Assembly: GCA_016210045.1 (NCBI GenBank)
Contig: JACQUX010000041.1
Coordinates: forward strand, 72,789-136,788
Direction: 5' to 3'
DNA length: 64,000 bases
DNA from: Deltaproteobacteria bacterium
Lineage (GTDB): Bacteria > UBA10199 > GCA-002796325 > JACPFF01
The notes under the pieces were generated by a model. That model was not told the DNA's origin. It did not search any database and worked only from the letters and a program-made list of their open reading frames with translations. Shown here in pieces: positions 16,605 through 28,882 of the stretch. Made by a program: the position numbers and the translations under genes. Positions within the stretch are counted from its first letter, which is position 1; each line of letters opens with the position of its first letter.

Positions 16605-17804
16605 ATGGCGGAATCATCGATCCCGGATTTGGAGACCTTCCTGTGTCGCTACGTGAAGGCGCAATATTTTCCGCGCCACGCGCGGACACCGGAATTTACC
16701 GCGTCTGACGTGCAGTTCTTCGCCCGCGGCGTCGCCGAGGTCTCTCAAGCCTTCACCGTCGACCGCGCGTCACTGCCGAGAAATTACTTCAATCGGAAAG
16801 AGTTCCGCTCCGGCTATCTCCTCTATTTCGTCTTAAGCAACTATCCCAAGGCCTGGCAGTGCCTGCAACAGATCGCGGCCCAGACGCGCTTTGCCGGACG
16901 CTCGCCAGTGCGCATCCTCGATCTCGGCAGCGGTCCCGGGACGGCCTCGTTGGCCGCAATCGATTATTGGAAGATGCACGCACCGACGAGTCCGCTCTCG
17001 CTGCTGGCCGTCGATCAAAACGCCGAAATCCTCGGCGACGCGCGGCGTCTTTGCACGACGCGAGCGCACAGCATCGTGACCTACAAAACGCTGACCACAA
17101 CCCTCACCCGTAAGAATCTAGCATCCGCGTTGCGCCACGAGCGGTACGACATCATTTTTCTGATGAACGTGTTGAACGAGTTGGGCGACATCGAAGAGCG
17201 GCAGCGGATCGTCACTGCGCTGTGCCACCATCACCTCACGCCCGACGGAGTGCTGATCATCATCGAACCGGGATTACAACGCACCACGCGCGACTTGATG
17301 GGACTACGCGACGCGTTGTTCGTTACGGAAAAGCCAGATCAACCACTCGAAGACGTTTCTCCCTTTCATATCCTCGCGCCGTGCCTACACCAAGACATCT
17401 GCCCGATGCGGGCGCATAATGCGCGCGACTGGTGCCATTTCGCGCTGCGCTGGAGTCGCCCGAAGCTCATCGCCGACCTCGACCGACTGATCGGCAACAA
17501 TAAAGAAGATCTGAAATGGAGCTATCTGATCCTCAGTAATACGCCGCCGAAAATTCCCGCCAACATATATCGCGTCGTCAGCTCTCCCCTGCGCTCCAAA
17601 GGAAAAATCGAGCTCCTGCTATGCCCCGCAACCGGCCACCACACCAATCGGCTGCGCCGCATCGTGCGTCTGGATAAAGATCGTGCGCCCGGCAACACCG
17701 ACCTCGATCGCATCCAACGCGGCGACGTGGTCACCTGCGGCGCCGAAGACCGCCTCACCGCAAGCGGCCAACCGTTTCGTCGCGTGATCCCGTTTCAAAC
17801 GTAA
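16605..17804 (+). CDS. Rsm22-like class I methyltransferase (bacterial homologue of mitochondrial small-subunit methyltransferase family)
   Basis: SAM motif ILDLGSGPGTASLAA, then DIIFLMNVLNEL…, and a C-terminal Cys/His cluster (CLHQDICPMRAHNARDWCHF) as in Rsm22/COG5459 proteins. Confidence 0.6.
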   Translation: MAESSIPDLETFLCRYVKAQYFPRHARTPEFTASDVQFFARGVAEVSQAFTVDRASLPRNYFNRKEFRSGYLLYFVLSNYPKAWQCLQQIAAQTRFAGRSPVRILDLGSGPGTASLAAIDYWKMHAPTSPLSLLAVDQNAEILGDARRLCTTRAHSIVTYKTLTTTLTRKNLASALRHERYDIIFLMNVLNELGDIEERQRIVTALCHHHLTPDGVLIIIEPGLQRTTRDLMGLRDALFVTEKPDQPLEDVSPFHILAPCLHQDICPMRAHNARDWCHFALRWSRPKLIADLDRLIGNNKEDLKWSYLILSNTPPKIPANIYRVVSSPLRSKGKIELLLCPATGHHTNRLRRIVRLDKDRAPGNTDLDRIQRGDVVTCGAEDRLTASGQPFRRVIPFQT

Positions 17805-17816
17805 GCAACGTTTCGA

Positions 17817-18194
17817 TTACGGCAAGCGACAGGAATCGTCCCGACACGTCCACCGATGGCGATTGCGCGCAATCCAGCGATACGCCACAGCGGCGAGCCC
17901 CCGCACGCCGGGACATTGCAGCACCGCCCCGCCCAACCGCCACCACAGTGCCGGCAGCTGCGTCAGCGCGTAGGCAATTGCAGCCGCACCGGAACGCAAT
18001 GTCGCATCCGGCAACACGACGTGCATACTCCCTTGGTACTCCGCCGCATCCAATTGCGGAAACCGCGCGCGGCGCACCGCGGAGTCACGCGGCAGATATT
18101 CCAACCGTCCGGCGCAATCTCGTGCCTGAAACCACGCCATCCCGCGGCAACAAAACGCGCACGCGCCGTCATAGATTAATGTCGATCGCGACAT
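17817..18194 (-). CDS. DCC-family thiol-disulfide oxidoreductase (DUF393)
   Basis: The start placed at MSRSTLIYDGACAFCCRGMAW carries the DCC1 CxxC motif. The upstream 17 codons of the listed ORF are rejected. Confidence 0.6.
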   Translation of the reverse strand: MSRSTLIYDGACAFCCRGMAWFQARDCAGRLEYLPRDSAVRRARFPQLDAAEYQGSMHVVLPDATLRSGAAAIAYALTQLPALWWRLGGAVLQCPGVRGLAAVAYRWIARNRHRWTCRDDSCRLP

Positions 18195-18360
18195 GTGCCC
18201 ATCCTTATTCATCGCCCCGGGCGATGCAAGCATCAGCCTGCACAATGCATGTCATGGACGCGAACTACCACGCCACACCATCCCACATCAGCGGTGAAGC
18301 TATTGACTTTCCGATACGGCCCGCGCAAAAGGGCATTCGCTGATTCTAAAAGGAGCCCTC

Positions 18361-18798
18361 ATGTCGCGTTTTCATTACTTGCTCGCCGTCGCACTGTGCA
18401 GCGCCATTGTCGCGCTCCCCGCCACTAATGCCATCGCCAAAAAGAAAGAGACGGGCCGGCCGCTGGAAAAAGAACATCACTGCAAACACGACGGCCTCAC
18501 GTTTCGCTGCGAACTCTCCCAACTCAACGGCGGCCGCGCACAAACCATCGACCTTTTCTTTGCGAGCGGCAAACTGAACACGACCGCCTTCGCGCAACAC
18601 GGTTTCCAGTCCGCCAGTTACAAATCCACCGGCACGGATTGGTCCTGCGGCTTTCAGGCCCAAATGAAAGGGGACAATAAGAAAGTCCTCACCTGGACCG
18701 GCACCGTTCAAGGCGACGCCCTCGAGGCCGCTGCAACTTTAGCCGCCCCCGGCCAGGCCGCAGAGACCTATACGGTCGAATGTGAATTGAAGAAGTAA
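18361..18798 (+). CDS. small secreted hypothetical protein
   Basis: Signal peptide MSRFHYLLAVALCSAIVALPATNAIA, followed by a Lys-rich 118-aa mature region with four Cys. Confidence 0.5.
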   Translation: MSRFHYLLAVALCSAIVALPATNAIAKKKETGRPLEKEHHCKHDGLTFRCELSQLNGGRAQTIDLFFASGKLNTTAFAQHGFQSASYKSTGTDWSCGFQAQMKGDNKKVLTWTGTVQGDALEAAATLAAPGQAAETYTVECELKK

Positions 18799-18921
18799 GT
18801 GAAGTCCGGGAACGCAATCCCCATCTATCGCAGCGGTTTTTCAACGCACCGCATTATACTTGGGGCGGCGACACGCCGCGTGCTATAAACTCGCCTCCCA
18901 TCCACCCAACAGGAGGAGCCT

Positions 18922-19857
18922 ATGCCTGTCGCACTGCGCGCGGCCACGCCGCTGAGTTTCTCCCCGACTCTCAACGTGGACCGCTGGTCGACCGTCACGC
19001 AACATCCTGCCGCGCCTCCGCTGACCCATTTCGGAAATTTCCCAGACCACTTCCTCCTGCTCCCCTCACCGGCCGATGCTACGCCCACCCGCGCCGTGCC
19101 AACCAACACCGCCGTCTCGGTGCCCACCGTCACTGCGCTCTTCAATGACATGATCACTGAACTGTTGGCGCCACCAGCCGTCAGCGATACCACGCGCCGC
19201 GTGGTTTTGAACAAGGACTGTTTCTATGTGTGGCCCTACCGAGAACCGTCGCTGTTCGGCAAAAAACCCTTTGCCCCGTTCGGCTTCTTGATGCCGCGCG
19301 GGACCGAGGCCCTTGTGCGGACGCGCGTCATCGCGACGGCAACCGGCTTTCAACGTACAATTGCAATCGAAGTCGCCGCGCCCGGCGATCAACTTGGTGC
19401 GTTGGGCCCCATCAATCTACAATCCGATGATCCGCCATTGGCCACGACCCGCATTGCGAAGACCGTTTTCGTCCAGGAACTCGATGCACACGGCGCGGTG
19501 CAGAGCGAACGCATCCAGCTCGGACTGACTTTCCATGATGCAGACACCGGGGCGCGGCGCGCGCCGACATGGATTGAAGAGAAGGCGTTACAGCCCACCG
19601 CAGTGCCCTATCGCGGCGGCACGCTGTACCAATTCGACGCGACCGATTCGTTCCGCGAAGTGTTCGCCTACGCCACACCGCAACTGAAAAAGGCCGCGAC
19701 GCTGCACCAACAAGAGACCGGACAAGCGCTGGCACCCGGCACCACGGCGAATATCGCCGCCTACTTGAAATACACGTGGCGGCACGGCATCAGTTTGGCG
19801 GAAGGAAGATTCGCCGAGCGCGTGCAACAGATCAAAGATCGACTCGGATACCATTAA
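18922..19857 (+). CDS. hypothetical protein (311 aa)
   Basis: AGGAGG Shine-Dalgarno 6 nt upstream of the ATG. Balanced composition. No recognised motif. Confidence 0.45.
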   Translation: MPVALRAATPLSFSPTLNVDRWSTVTQHPAAPPLTHFGNFPDHFLLLPSPADATPTRAVPTNTAVSVPTVTALFNDMITELLAPPAVSDTTRRVVLNKDCFYVWPYREPSLFGKKPFAPFGFLMPRGTEALVRTRVIATATGFQRTIAIEVAAPGDQLGALGPINLQSDDPPLATTRIAKTVFVQELDAHGAVQSERIQLGLTFHDADTGARRAPTWIEEKALQPTAVPYRGGTLYQFDATDSFREVFAYATPQLKKAATLHQQETGQALAPGTTANIAAYLKYTWRHGISLAEGRFAERVQQIKDRLGYH

Positions 19858-19863
19858 TACGAC

Positions 19864-20790
19864 TCACACCAAATCGCGCAACGCATCGAGGACCGCATGA
19901 AAATCCGCGGGCGGCGGCAGCTTCAGCTCGATCTTCTGACTGGTGGCCGGATGATGAAACCCAAGAAACGTCGCGTGCAGTGTTTGGCGCGGCGTCGGCA
20001 CGACGTCTTTCGGCGGCCCATAGCGACGATCCCCCAACAACGGATGCCCGATCGCGGCTAAATGCACCCGCACTTGGTGCGTACGCCCCGTCTCGACCCG
20101 CACCCGCAACAGCGTGGCCTGCGGATAGCGCTCTTCCACGGTAAAGTGCGTAATCGCCCCCTTGGCCCCGGCCGCCGTCGCCTCAGCCGGCACCACTTTG
20201 CGCCCCTGACCGAAATCCCCTTTCACCAGCGGCAGATCGATCGTCCCACCGTCCCGCTCCACAGCCCCATGGACGATCGCCAAATATTCGCGCCGCATAC
20301 TGTGCCGCTTGAATTGCTGAATGACTTCCTCGCCGACCTTCGATTTGGCCAACAACAAGATTCCCGACGTATCGCGATCCAACCGATGCAACGCGCGGAC
20401 ATACGTCCCGCGCGATCCGGGATGTTTGCGTCGCAGATACGCCCGCACCACATCGACCATCGTCGATTCCGTCGTCGCCTCAGTCGCCAGCACCAACCGA
20501 CCCGCCGGCTTGGCCACCGCAATCAAATCGCGATCTTCAAAGAGGACATCGACTCGCTCAAATCCGGCCCGCCGATCCCGCGCGGCGCCCTTGGGCGCCA
20601 CGTCCTCGACGCGCACCCGCGCCCCGGGTTCCACCACCCATTTCGCGATCACTACGCGCCGCCCATTGACCCGCACCGCGCCGCGATCCAGCCACGCCTT
20701 CGCCTGCTGGCGACTCACCCGCGCCTTCGTCGTCAGCCACCGATCCAGCCGCGTCCCCGTTTCCTGCGCCGTCACAATCCATTCTTTCAT
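19864..20790 (-). CDS. RluA-family 23S rRNA pseudouridine synthase (S4 domain + catalytic domain)
   Basis: The N-terminal S4-like region RLDRWL…VRVNG is followed by the catalytic HRLDRDTSGILLLAK motif and …THQVRVH…. Confidence 0.85.
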   Translation of the reverse strand: MKEWIVTAQETGTRLDRWLTTKARVSRQQAKAWLDRGAVRVNGRRVVIAKWVVEPGARVRVEDVAPKGAARDRRAGFERVDVLFEDRDLIAVAKPAGRLVLATEATTESTMVDVVRAYLRRKHPGSRGTYVRALHRLDRDTSGILLLAKSKVGEEVIQQFKRHSMRREYLAIVHGAVERDGGTIDLPLVKGDFGQGRKVVPAEATAAGAKGAITHFTVEERYPQATLLRVRVETGRTHQVRVHLAAIGHPLLGDRRYGPPKDVVPTPRQTLHATFLGFHHPATSQKIELKLPPPADFHAVLDALRDLV

Positions 20791-20873
20791 ACCGCGATCT
20801 CCTTGATGCCGGCCCCACAGAAACTTTCAATCCCCTTGCCTTCCGGCCAGTCCCCTGCTACGCACCGGCACCT

Positions 20874-21362
20874 ATGTCAATCATCGATATCGCTGGAGTC
20901 ACGGCCGAAATGCCGGAAAATTGGACCTGCCAGGGGATGCTAACCCTGACGCTGCCATCCCCAGACAAGAACGTTCGGCCGAACGTGATCCTCACCAAAG
21001 AATTTCTGCCTCGCCCGATCGCGCTCCCCGAGTACTTCCAGAAGATCAAGGAATCGATCCAAAATCGCGGGATCAAAGACCTCAAGATCAGCGACGAACG
21101 CGAAATCGTCATTTCCGGCGTGCGCGGCAAGATGATGATCTGCTCCTGGGACGTCTCCGCAATGGCGCAGATGCTGCAAAAAGAACGTCCGGAACAAAAG
21201 GTCCCGGAACATATCAAGCCGGGTCAAATGGTGAAGCAGATCCAAGTGACGCTCTTAAAAGATCAACTGGCCATCAACCTCACGGCCAGTTTTCCGTCAG
21301 AGCAGTTTGAAGTCTACTACCGCCCGTTCCAACTCTTTTTGAAGAGCCTAAAAGTCACTTAG
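20874..21362 (+). CDS. hypothetical cytoplasmic protein, possibly DUF1795/DcrB-Eag-like
   Basis: 162 aa with no signal peptide and lower GC than its surroundings. The size and the mixed pattern (…PNVILTKEF…[18 protein letters not shown]…) resemble DUF1795 adaptor proteins. The family call is weak. Confidence 0.35.
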   Translation: MSIIDIAGVTAEMPENWTCQGMLTLTLPSPDKNVRPNVILTKEFLPRPIALPEYFQKIKESIQNRGIKDLKISDEREIVISGVRGKMMICSWDVSAMAQMLQKERPEQKVPEHIKPGQMVKQIQVTLLKDQLAINLTASFPSEQFEVYYRPFQLFLKSLKVT

Positions 21363-21482
21363 CGCCGGCCGTCTTCCCTTTTCCCTTTGCGACCGGCTTC
21401 GGCCGCCGTTTACCGCTGGTGCCGCGCCAAATTTTGCCACGCCGAGACCGCTTATCGCCCTTACCCATGGACCGCTCCTCCG

Positions 21483-24008
<2,526 letters not shown>

Positions 24009-24017
24009 TCATCTGCT

Positions 24018-24069
24018 TCCCCTCTCCCCGATGGGGAGAGGGATCCGCCCCAGGCGGAGGGTGAGGGCC
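24018..24069. repeat. partial copy of the palindromic intergenic repeat (single hairpin + GGGTGAGGG core)
   Basis: CCCCTCTCCCC-GAT-GGGGAGAGGG followed by …GGAGGGTGAGGGCC, in the gyrB-recF spacer. Confidence 0.45.
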
Positions 24070-24109
24070 TAACATGCACCGCCCCACGAGTAAAGGATTC
24101 CCCGCGTTT

Positions 24110-25180
24110 TCATCCGAATACCGCGCCTCCGCAAACACGCATCATGCGCGCATCCGCGGGATCATCCACATGCGTGGCGGTCACCAGAATCTGCGTTTCC
24201 AATTCCCGCAACGCCGCGAACAGCGCGGCTAATCGATCGGCATCTAACTCACTCCCGACGTCATCCAACAACAGGATCGGCGCAGTCCCCCGGCATTCCC
24301 GCGAAAGGTGGACTTCGGCTAATTTCAAGCTCAACACCACACTCCGATGTTGCCCCTGCGAACCGAAATGCTGCAGATCCCGAGCGGCCAACAACACGCG
24401 CACGTCGTCTCGATGCGGCCCGACCACCGTAATGCCACGCGCCCGCTCTTCCTCCGCCCGCCGTCGTAACTGATCGAAAAAATCATCCGCCTGATCCACT
24501 TGTGGTTCGTACTGCAGCGCAATTTCTCCATCGGCCGGCGCAAAGGCGCGATGCACTGACGGCAACCACGCGCGCAATCGATCCACCCATTCCCGCCTCG
24601 CCGCCACGACCCGGATCCCCAATTCAACCAATTGCACATCCCACGGCGCCAGCTGTGCCTGCAGCGACGCGGCGGCCATTCCCACGGCCTGCTTCAACAC
24701 GCGATTACGATGCAGCAACACTCGCTGCCACTGCCGGCGCAACGCGCGAAACGCCGGATCCATCCCTTCGATCAATGTGTCCAAATAGTCTCGCCGCGCG
24801 GCCGGCGGTCCCTTGAACAACCACGTCTCCTCCGGCGCAAACAGGATCACATGCGGCCACGCCAGGTCCGTCCCACGGACTCGTTTTTCATTGCGCAACA
24901 GGGTGCGCGCCGACAATTGCAGCTCCACGGCCAGCCAATCCCGCAGTCCGTCGCGATCGCTCTCCGCCCCGACCTTTGCTTGTGCCGCGCTATGGCGGAT
25001 CAAATCCGCCCGCTCGCCGGTCCGAAACGAATGCCCGCGCCCCACCAAATAGACCGCTTCAAGCAAATTGGTCTTTCCTTGCGCGTTGGCGCCGACAAAA
25101 TACGTCACGCCGGCGTTGAGCACGAATTCGACGCACGTATAATTGCGAAAATCACGGAGCGTGAGGCGGGTGAAAATCAC
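24110..25180 (-). CDS. recF: DNA replication and repair protein RecF
   Basis: Walker A GANAQGKTNLLEA and the SMC-like signature; overlaps the dnaN stop. Confidence 0.9.
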   Translation of the reverse strand: MIFTRLTLRDFRNYTCVEFVLNAGVTYFVGANAQGKTNLLEAVYLVGRGHSFRTGERADLIRHSAAQAKVGAESDRDGLRDWLAVELQLSARTLLRNEKRVRGTDLAWPHVILFAPEETWLFKGPPAARRDYLDTLIEGMDPAFRALRRQWQRVLLHRNRVLKQAVGMAAASLQAQLAPWDVQLVELGIRVVAARREWVDRLRAWLPSVHRAFAPADGEIALQYEPQVDQADDFFDQLRRRAEEERARGITVVGPHRDDVRVLLAARDLQHFGSQGQHRSVVLSLKLAEVHLSRECRGTAPILLLDDVGSELDADRLAALFAALRELETQILVTATHVDDPADARMMRVCGGAVFG

Positions 25181-26301
25181 GACAGACGCATTGGCATGAT
25201 GACCGACAAGAAGTCGCGATCGAATTCAGACCGAATCACACACGGGGCCAACTCCCCCTTGAGCTCCAGCACGAGTTGTTCGTCGGTCACGACATTCAGC
25301 ACATCTTGAAAATAGCGCGCATTGAACCCGACTTCGAACGTCTCCCCCTTATACCCAACCTGGAGTTCCTCATACGCCTCGCCTAAATCGGGATTCTGCG
25401 CCGAGATATCCAGATGGCCCGGTGAAAAGCGGAACTTCACACCGCGAATCCGTTCGCTCGTCACTAGCTGCACCCGCCGTAACGCCGCGCCGAATTCGTC
25501 GCGCGGCACCGTGACCAACCATTTATGATCTTTTGGAATCACTTGGCTATACGGCGGAAACTGCCCGTCGATCAGGCGGATCAACAGCGAGACATTATCG
25601 CGCTCGACCGCGATATATTTTTCATCCAACCGCAAGATAAAATCTCCGCTCGCGCCTTCGAGCAAGCGCCGCCATTCCAAAATGCCTTTGCGCGGCACGA
25701 TCACGCCGGCCGGCAACTTCCACTTTCCCGCCACCAACCGATCGGCATACGATAAACGATGTCCATCCGTGGCCGCCACACGCAACCGCGCCGCCCCTTT
25801 CGCACCGGCATCCGCCACTTGCTCCATGAAGAGCCCATTTAAGTTGTACCGGGTCTCGTCGGTCGACATCGCATAGACCGTTTTTTCGATCATCTCCAAC
25901 ATGGCCGACGCGGCCATGGAGACCTTCTCCGCGCTCGGCGTCTGCGGCAACGCCGGATATTCGTCGGCTGCGAGCCCGACGATCTTAAACTGTGATTTTC
26001 CCGCCTTCACTTCCACGCGATGATTCTCGCCGACTTTCAGATGCACGCGATCATCGGGCAGCGACTTCACGATATCGTACAACGCGCGGGCTCCTACCGT
26101 AACTTTTCCCGCGACTTTGGTCTCCACCGGTTGCGCGACCGTGACCCCGACTTCCAGATCCGTCGCCGTCAGCGTCAGCAATTTCCCTTCAGCCGCTAAA
26201 CAGCAATTGGCCAAAATCGGCATCGTGGCCTTGCGGTCCACGACCGTTTGGGTCCAGCTTAAGCTTTTGAGTAGATCACTTTTAGTGCTGTGGAATTCCA
26301 T
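25177..26301 (-). CDS. dnaN: DNA polymerase III beta sliding clamp
   Basis: Three-domain beta-clamp sequence (…LTLTATDLEV…, …RLIDGQFPPYSQVIP…). 374 aa. Confidence 0.9.
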   Translation of the reverse strand: MEFHSTKSDLLKSLSWTQTVVDRKATMPILANCCLAAEGKLLTLTATDLEVGVTVAQPVETKVAGKVTVGARALYDIVKSLPDDRVHLKVGENHRVEVKAGKSQFKIVGLAADEYPALPQTPSAEKVSMAASAMLEMIEKTVYAMSTDETRYNLNGLFMEQVADAGAKGAARLRVAATDGHRLSYADRLVAGKWKLPAGVIVPRKGILEWRRLLEGASGDFILRLDEKYIAVERDNVSLLIRLIDGQFPPYSQVIPKDHKWLVTVPRDEFGAALRRVQLVTSERIRGVKFRFSPGHLDISAQNPDLGEAYEELQVGYKGETFEVGFNARYFQDVLNVVTDEQLVLELKGELAPCVIRSEFDRDFLSVIMPMRLS

Positions 26302-26574
26302 GAGTCCCTCACCGCGAAATAGCCTTCTAATAAGAATTTATATATATAAAAATAGTAGTAGTAGTAGCACCTGTGGAAATGTGGGTAACGCTGTTAACTC
26401 CCGGACGGCGCTACGTAATCGCATGTGGACCCACTGGGAACAACCGGCGACACTCATCCACAGCCGAACATCGCGCGGGACTCTAACGTTGCCCGCCAAG
26501 CGTTGTCAACACGACAATCCCGGACTGATCCACAGTTTGCTGGGGATAAAAAACAGCGCAGTACTTCATCGCGT
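26302..26574. promoter_or_regulatory. candidate oriC (dnaN-dnaA intergenic)
   Basis: The lowest-GC stretch in the window is TAATAAGAATTTATATATATAAAAA at 26329-26352, a candidate DNA-unwinding element, followed by a (TAG)5 repeat. DnaA-box-like 9-mers, each 1-2 mismatches from TTATCCACA, lie in either orientation:
- TGTGGAAAT at 26373-26381.
- CATGTGGAC at 26422-26430.
- TCATCCACA at 26454-26462.
- TGATCCACA at 26527-26535.
- TGGGGATAA at 26541-26549. Confidence 0.5.
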
Positions 26575-27951
26575 TTAATGGACCAGACTTTTTTCGAGAA
26601 ATTCGACTTCATCGCGCAACCGCCCGCTCTCTTGAATTGCGGCGTCGATCTTGCGGCAAGCGTGCATGACCGTCGTGTGATCTTTGCCGCCGAATTTCCG
26701 CCCGATCTCGGGGAAGGAACTTTTGGGAATGTGTTTTTTGCAGAGATACATCGCGATTTGCCGCGGCACCGCGAGATGTTTCATGCGGCGCGGCGATTTC
26801 ATATCGGAGAGTTTGATTTGGTAATAATCGGCGACCATTTTTTGCACCGCTTCAATGGAGCATGGCTGATGGTGATCCTTCACGATGTCTTTCAACACCT
26901 CTTTGGCGAATTCGACCGTGATCGGCACGTTGTGGAGCGCGGCGTACGCGGAGAGCCGGATCAGCGAACCCTCCAGTTCCCGCACGTTGGAGCGGAATTG
27001 TTGCGAGAGATAAATGAAGACGTCGTTTTCTAAGCGGATCCGACTCGTCTCCGCCTTCTTTTGCAAGATTGCGATCCGAGTTTCCAGATCCGGCGGTTGA
27101 ATATCCGCAATCAGCCCCCATTCGAACCGGGACCGCAGTCGGTCATCCAGACCGTCGACATCTTTCGGAAACCGATCGCTTGTGACGACAATTTGTTTCT
27201 GCGCGTAATACAGCACGTTGAACGTGTGGAAAAATTCGTCCTGCGTTCGTTCTTTGCCGGCAATGAATTGGATGTCGTCCATTAACAACACATCGCAGCC
27301 GTCCCGATATTTTTTTCGCAGCTCGGCTGTTTTGTCGAACCGGATGGCGTTGATCACTTCGTTCATGAAGCGTTCCGAGCTGACGTACAGAATACGCAGG
27401 TGGGGAAACCGATCTTGCAGTTGAATGCCGATCGCATTCAGTAAGTGCGTCTTCCCGAGTCCCACGCCGCCATAAATGAATAGCGGATTGTAATGACCGC
27501 CCGGGAGATCGGCGACCGCTTTACACGCGGCCGTCGCAAACTGATTATTCGTGCCGATCACGAAACGGTCAAAGTCGTATTTGGGATTCAGCGGATCGCC
27601 GAGCGGCGCCGCGACGACCGACGTGACCAATGGGCGGCGGGCCGCGTCATTCGCCAGTTGCGGGACCGGTTGCTCCGCCGGAACGTCTTCGTCGTCCGAT
27701 TCCGCTGCGCCATCCGCGCGAATTTCGATTTGCAGTTGCCACGGGGCCCCGCCGATCCGGCCGGCCTCTTCCACAATGGTGGTCCCGTAGTACTCCCGCA
27801 GCCAGTCACGTGTGAAGACGTTCGGCACCGAGAGCTTCAGCACGCCATCTTCCGAGGCAGCACACCGCACTCCCTGAAACCAATAGTTGTAGTGAAAGTC
27901 ACTGATTTTCGATCGTATTTTGTGGAGTACTGACTCCCACAATTCCGGCAT
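26575..27951 (-). CDS. dnaA: chromosomal replication initiator protein DnaA
   Basis: The AAA+ domain has Walker A GGVGLGKTHL and Walker B; the C-terminal DNA-binding domain includes …KSPRRMKHLAVPRQIAMYLCKKH…. The start is placed at MPELWESVL, which gives a conventional N-terminus. Confidence 0.95.
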   Translation of the reverse strand: MPELWESVLHKIRSKISDFHYNYWFQGVRCAASEDGVLKLSVPNVFTRDWLREYYGTTIVEEAGRIGGAPWQLQIEIRADGAAESDDEDVPAEQPVPQLANDAARRPLVTSVVAAPLGDPLNPKYDFDRFVIGTNNQFATAACKAVADLPGGHYNPLFIYGGVGLGKTHLLNAIGIQLQDRFPHLRILYVSSERFMNEVINAIRFDKTAELRKKYRDGCDVLLMDDIQFIAGKERTQDEFFHTFNVLYYAQKQIVVTSDRFPKDVDGLDDRLRSRFEWGLIADIQPPDLETRIAILQKKAETSRIRLENDVFIYLSQQFRSNVRELEGSLIRLSAYAALHNVPITVEFAKEVLKDIVKDHHQPCSIEAVQKMVADYYQIKLSDMKSPRRMKHLAVPRQIAMYLCKKHIPKSSFPEIGRKFGGKDHTTVMHACRKIDAAIQESGRLRDEVEFLEKSLVH

Positions 27952-27971
27952 GGTCAACCCCGTCCACATAC

Positions 27972-27993
27972 CTATCCACAGGCTGTGGATGAC
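27972..27993. promoter_or_regulatory. inverted pair of DnaA boxes immediately upstream of dnaA start (autoregulatory site candidate)
   Basis: Read directly from the sequence: CTATCCACA, then GGC, then TGTGGATGA (the reverse complement of TCATCCACA). Confidence 0.5.
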
Positions 27994-28328
27994 TCCAAAA
28001 GCCAACGTATCGCTACCAAAGAGCGCCTAGTTCTTCTTTTTACAATCAGTGGAAACGCTGCCGAAGCGAAACGACTGAACGCGTTACAAACTTTACATCG
28101 GACATTGCTTGCGGTGAGTTTGCGCATGGCAAGAGCAACTTTCCTCTCGCCCTGTGCAAATCGTCGCCGCACCGCCGCTGTTAGGAACGCGATCTGGTCG
28201 CCGCGCATTTCGAGTGCTGCCACTGTTTGTCAAAGAAGAGTTGTGCACATACTCTTCGCCGGAATTTTTTGGCAATATTTTTTTTCCCGACGGCGCAACT
28301 CCTTGAGTCTCTTGTCAAAAAAAATCGC

Positions 28329-28363
28329 CTTGACAGGCACCGCCAAACCCGCATAACTCGCGC
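28329..28363 (+). promoter_or_regulatory. sigma70-type promoter candidate for rpmH-rnpA-yidD-yidC
   Basis: TTGACA at 28329-28334, a 17-nt spacer, then ATAACT. It is preceded by A/T tracts (GGAATTTTTTGGCAATATTTTTTTT, CAAAAAAAATCG). Confidence 0.45.
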
Positions 28364-28398
28364 CTCACGCAACGTCTCAATCACGCGAGGAAATTTCG

Positions 28399-28545
28399 AT
28401 GAAACGGACATATCAACCGAGTAAACGGCGCCGCAAGAAGACACACGGGTTTCGCGCCCGTATGAAAACGGTCGGCGGTCGTCGAGTGTTAGCAGCCCGG
28501 CGCCGCAAGGGGCGCAAGCGTTTGGCCGTTACAGCGGCGCGCTGA
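28399..28545 (+). CDS. rpmH: 50S ribosomal protein L34
   Basis: [44 protein letters not shown]. 48 aa. Not in the ORF track (shorter than 60 aa); read by hand from the sequence. Confidence 0.9.
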   Translation: MKRTYQPSKRRRKKTHGFRARMKTVGGRRVLAARRRKGRKRLAVTAAR

Positions 28546-28552
28546 TTACTTC

Positions 28553-28882
28553 ATGGCCCGCTTGCCGCGTCGTGCGCGGCTCCATTCTCAACACCTCTTT
28601 CAACGCGTCCTGAAGAATGGTCGGAAGCAACGAGGGAGCGCCCTCGAGCTGCGCTGGCTGACCGGAGATGTCGCGCCGCAGCTGGGCGTGATCATCAACC
28701 GACATGTCGGGACGGCCGTGGAGCGCAATCGACTGAAGCGAATCGTGCGGGAATGGTTTCGTCATATGCGGGAACGATTGCCGCATGGCGCGTGGATCAT
28801 TCGACTACTCCCTCCGGCGGCCACACGATCCACGACGCTCTTGCACCGCGATTTGACCCTGCAATTGAGGCGGCTCATATGA
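28553..28882 (+). CDS. rnpA: ribonuclease P protein component
   Basis: 109 aa and basic, with the RNR motif region (…ERNRLKRIVRE…), in the canonical position after rpmH. Confidence 0.85.
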   Translation: MARLPRRARLHSQHLFQRVLKNGRKQRGSALELRWLTGDVAPQLGVIINRHVGTAVERNRLKRIVREWFRHMRERLPHGAWIIRLLPPAATRSTTLLHRDLTLQLRRLI

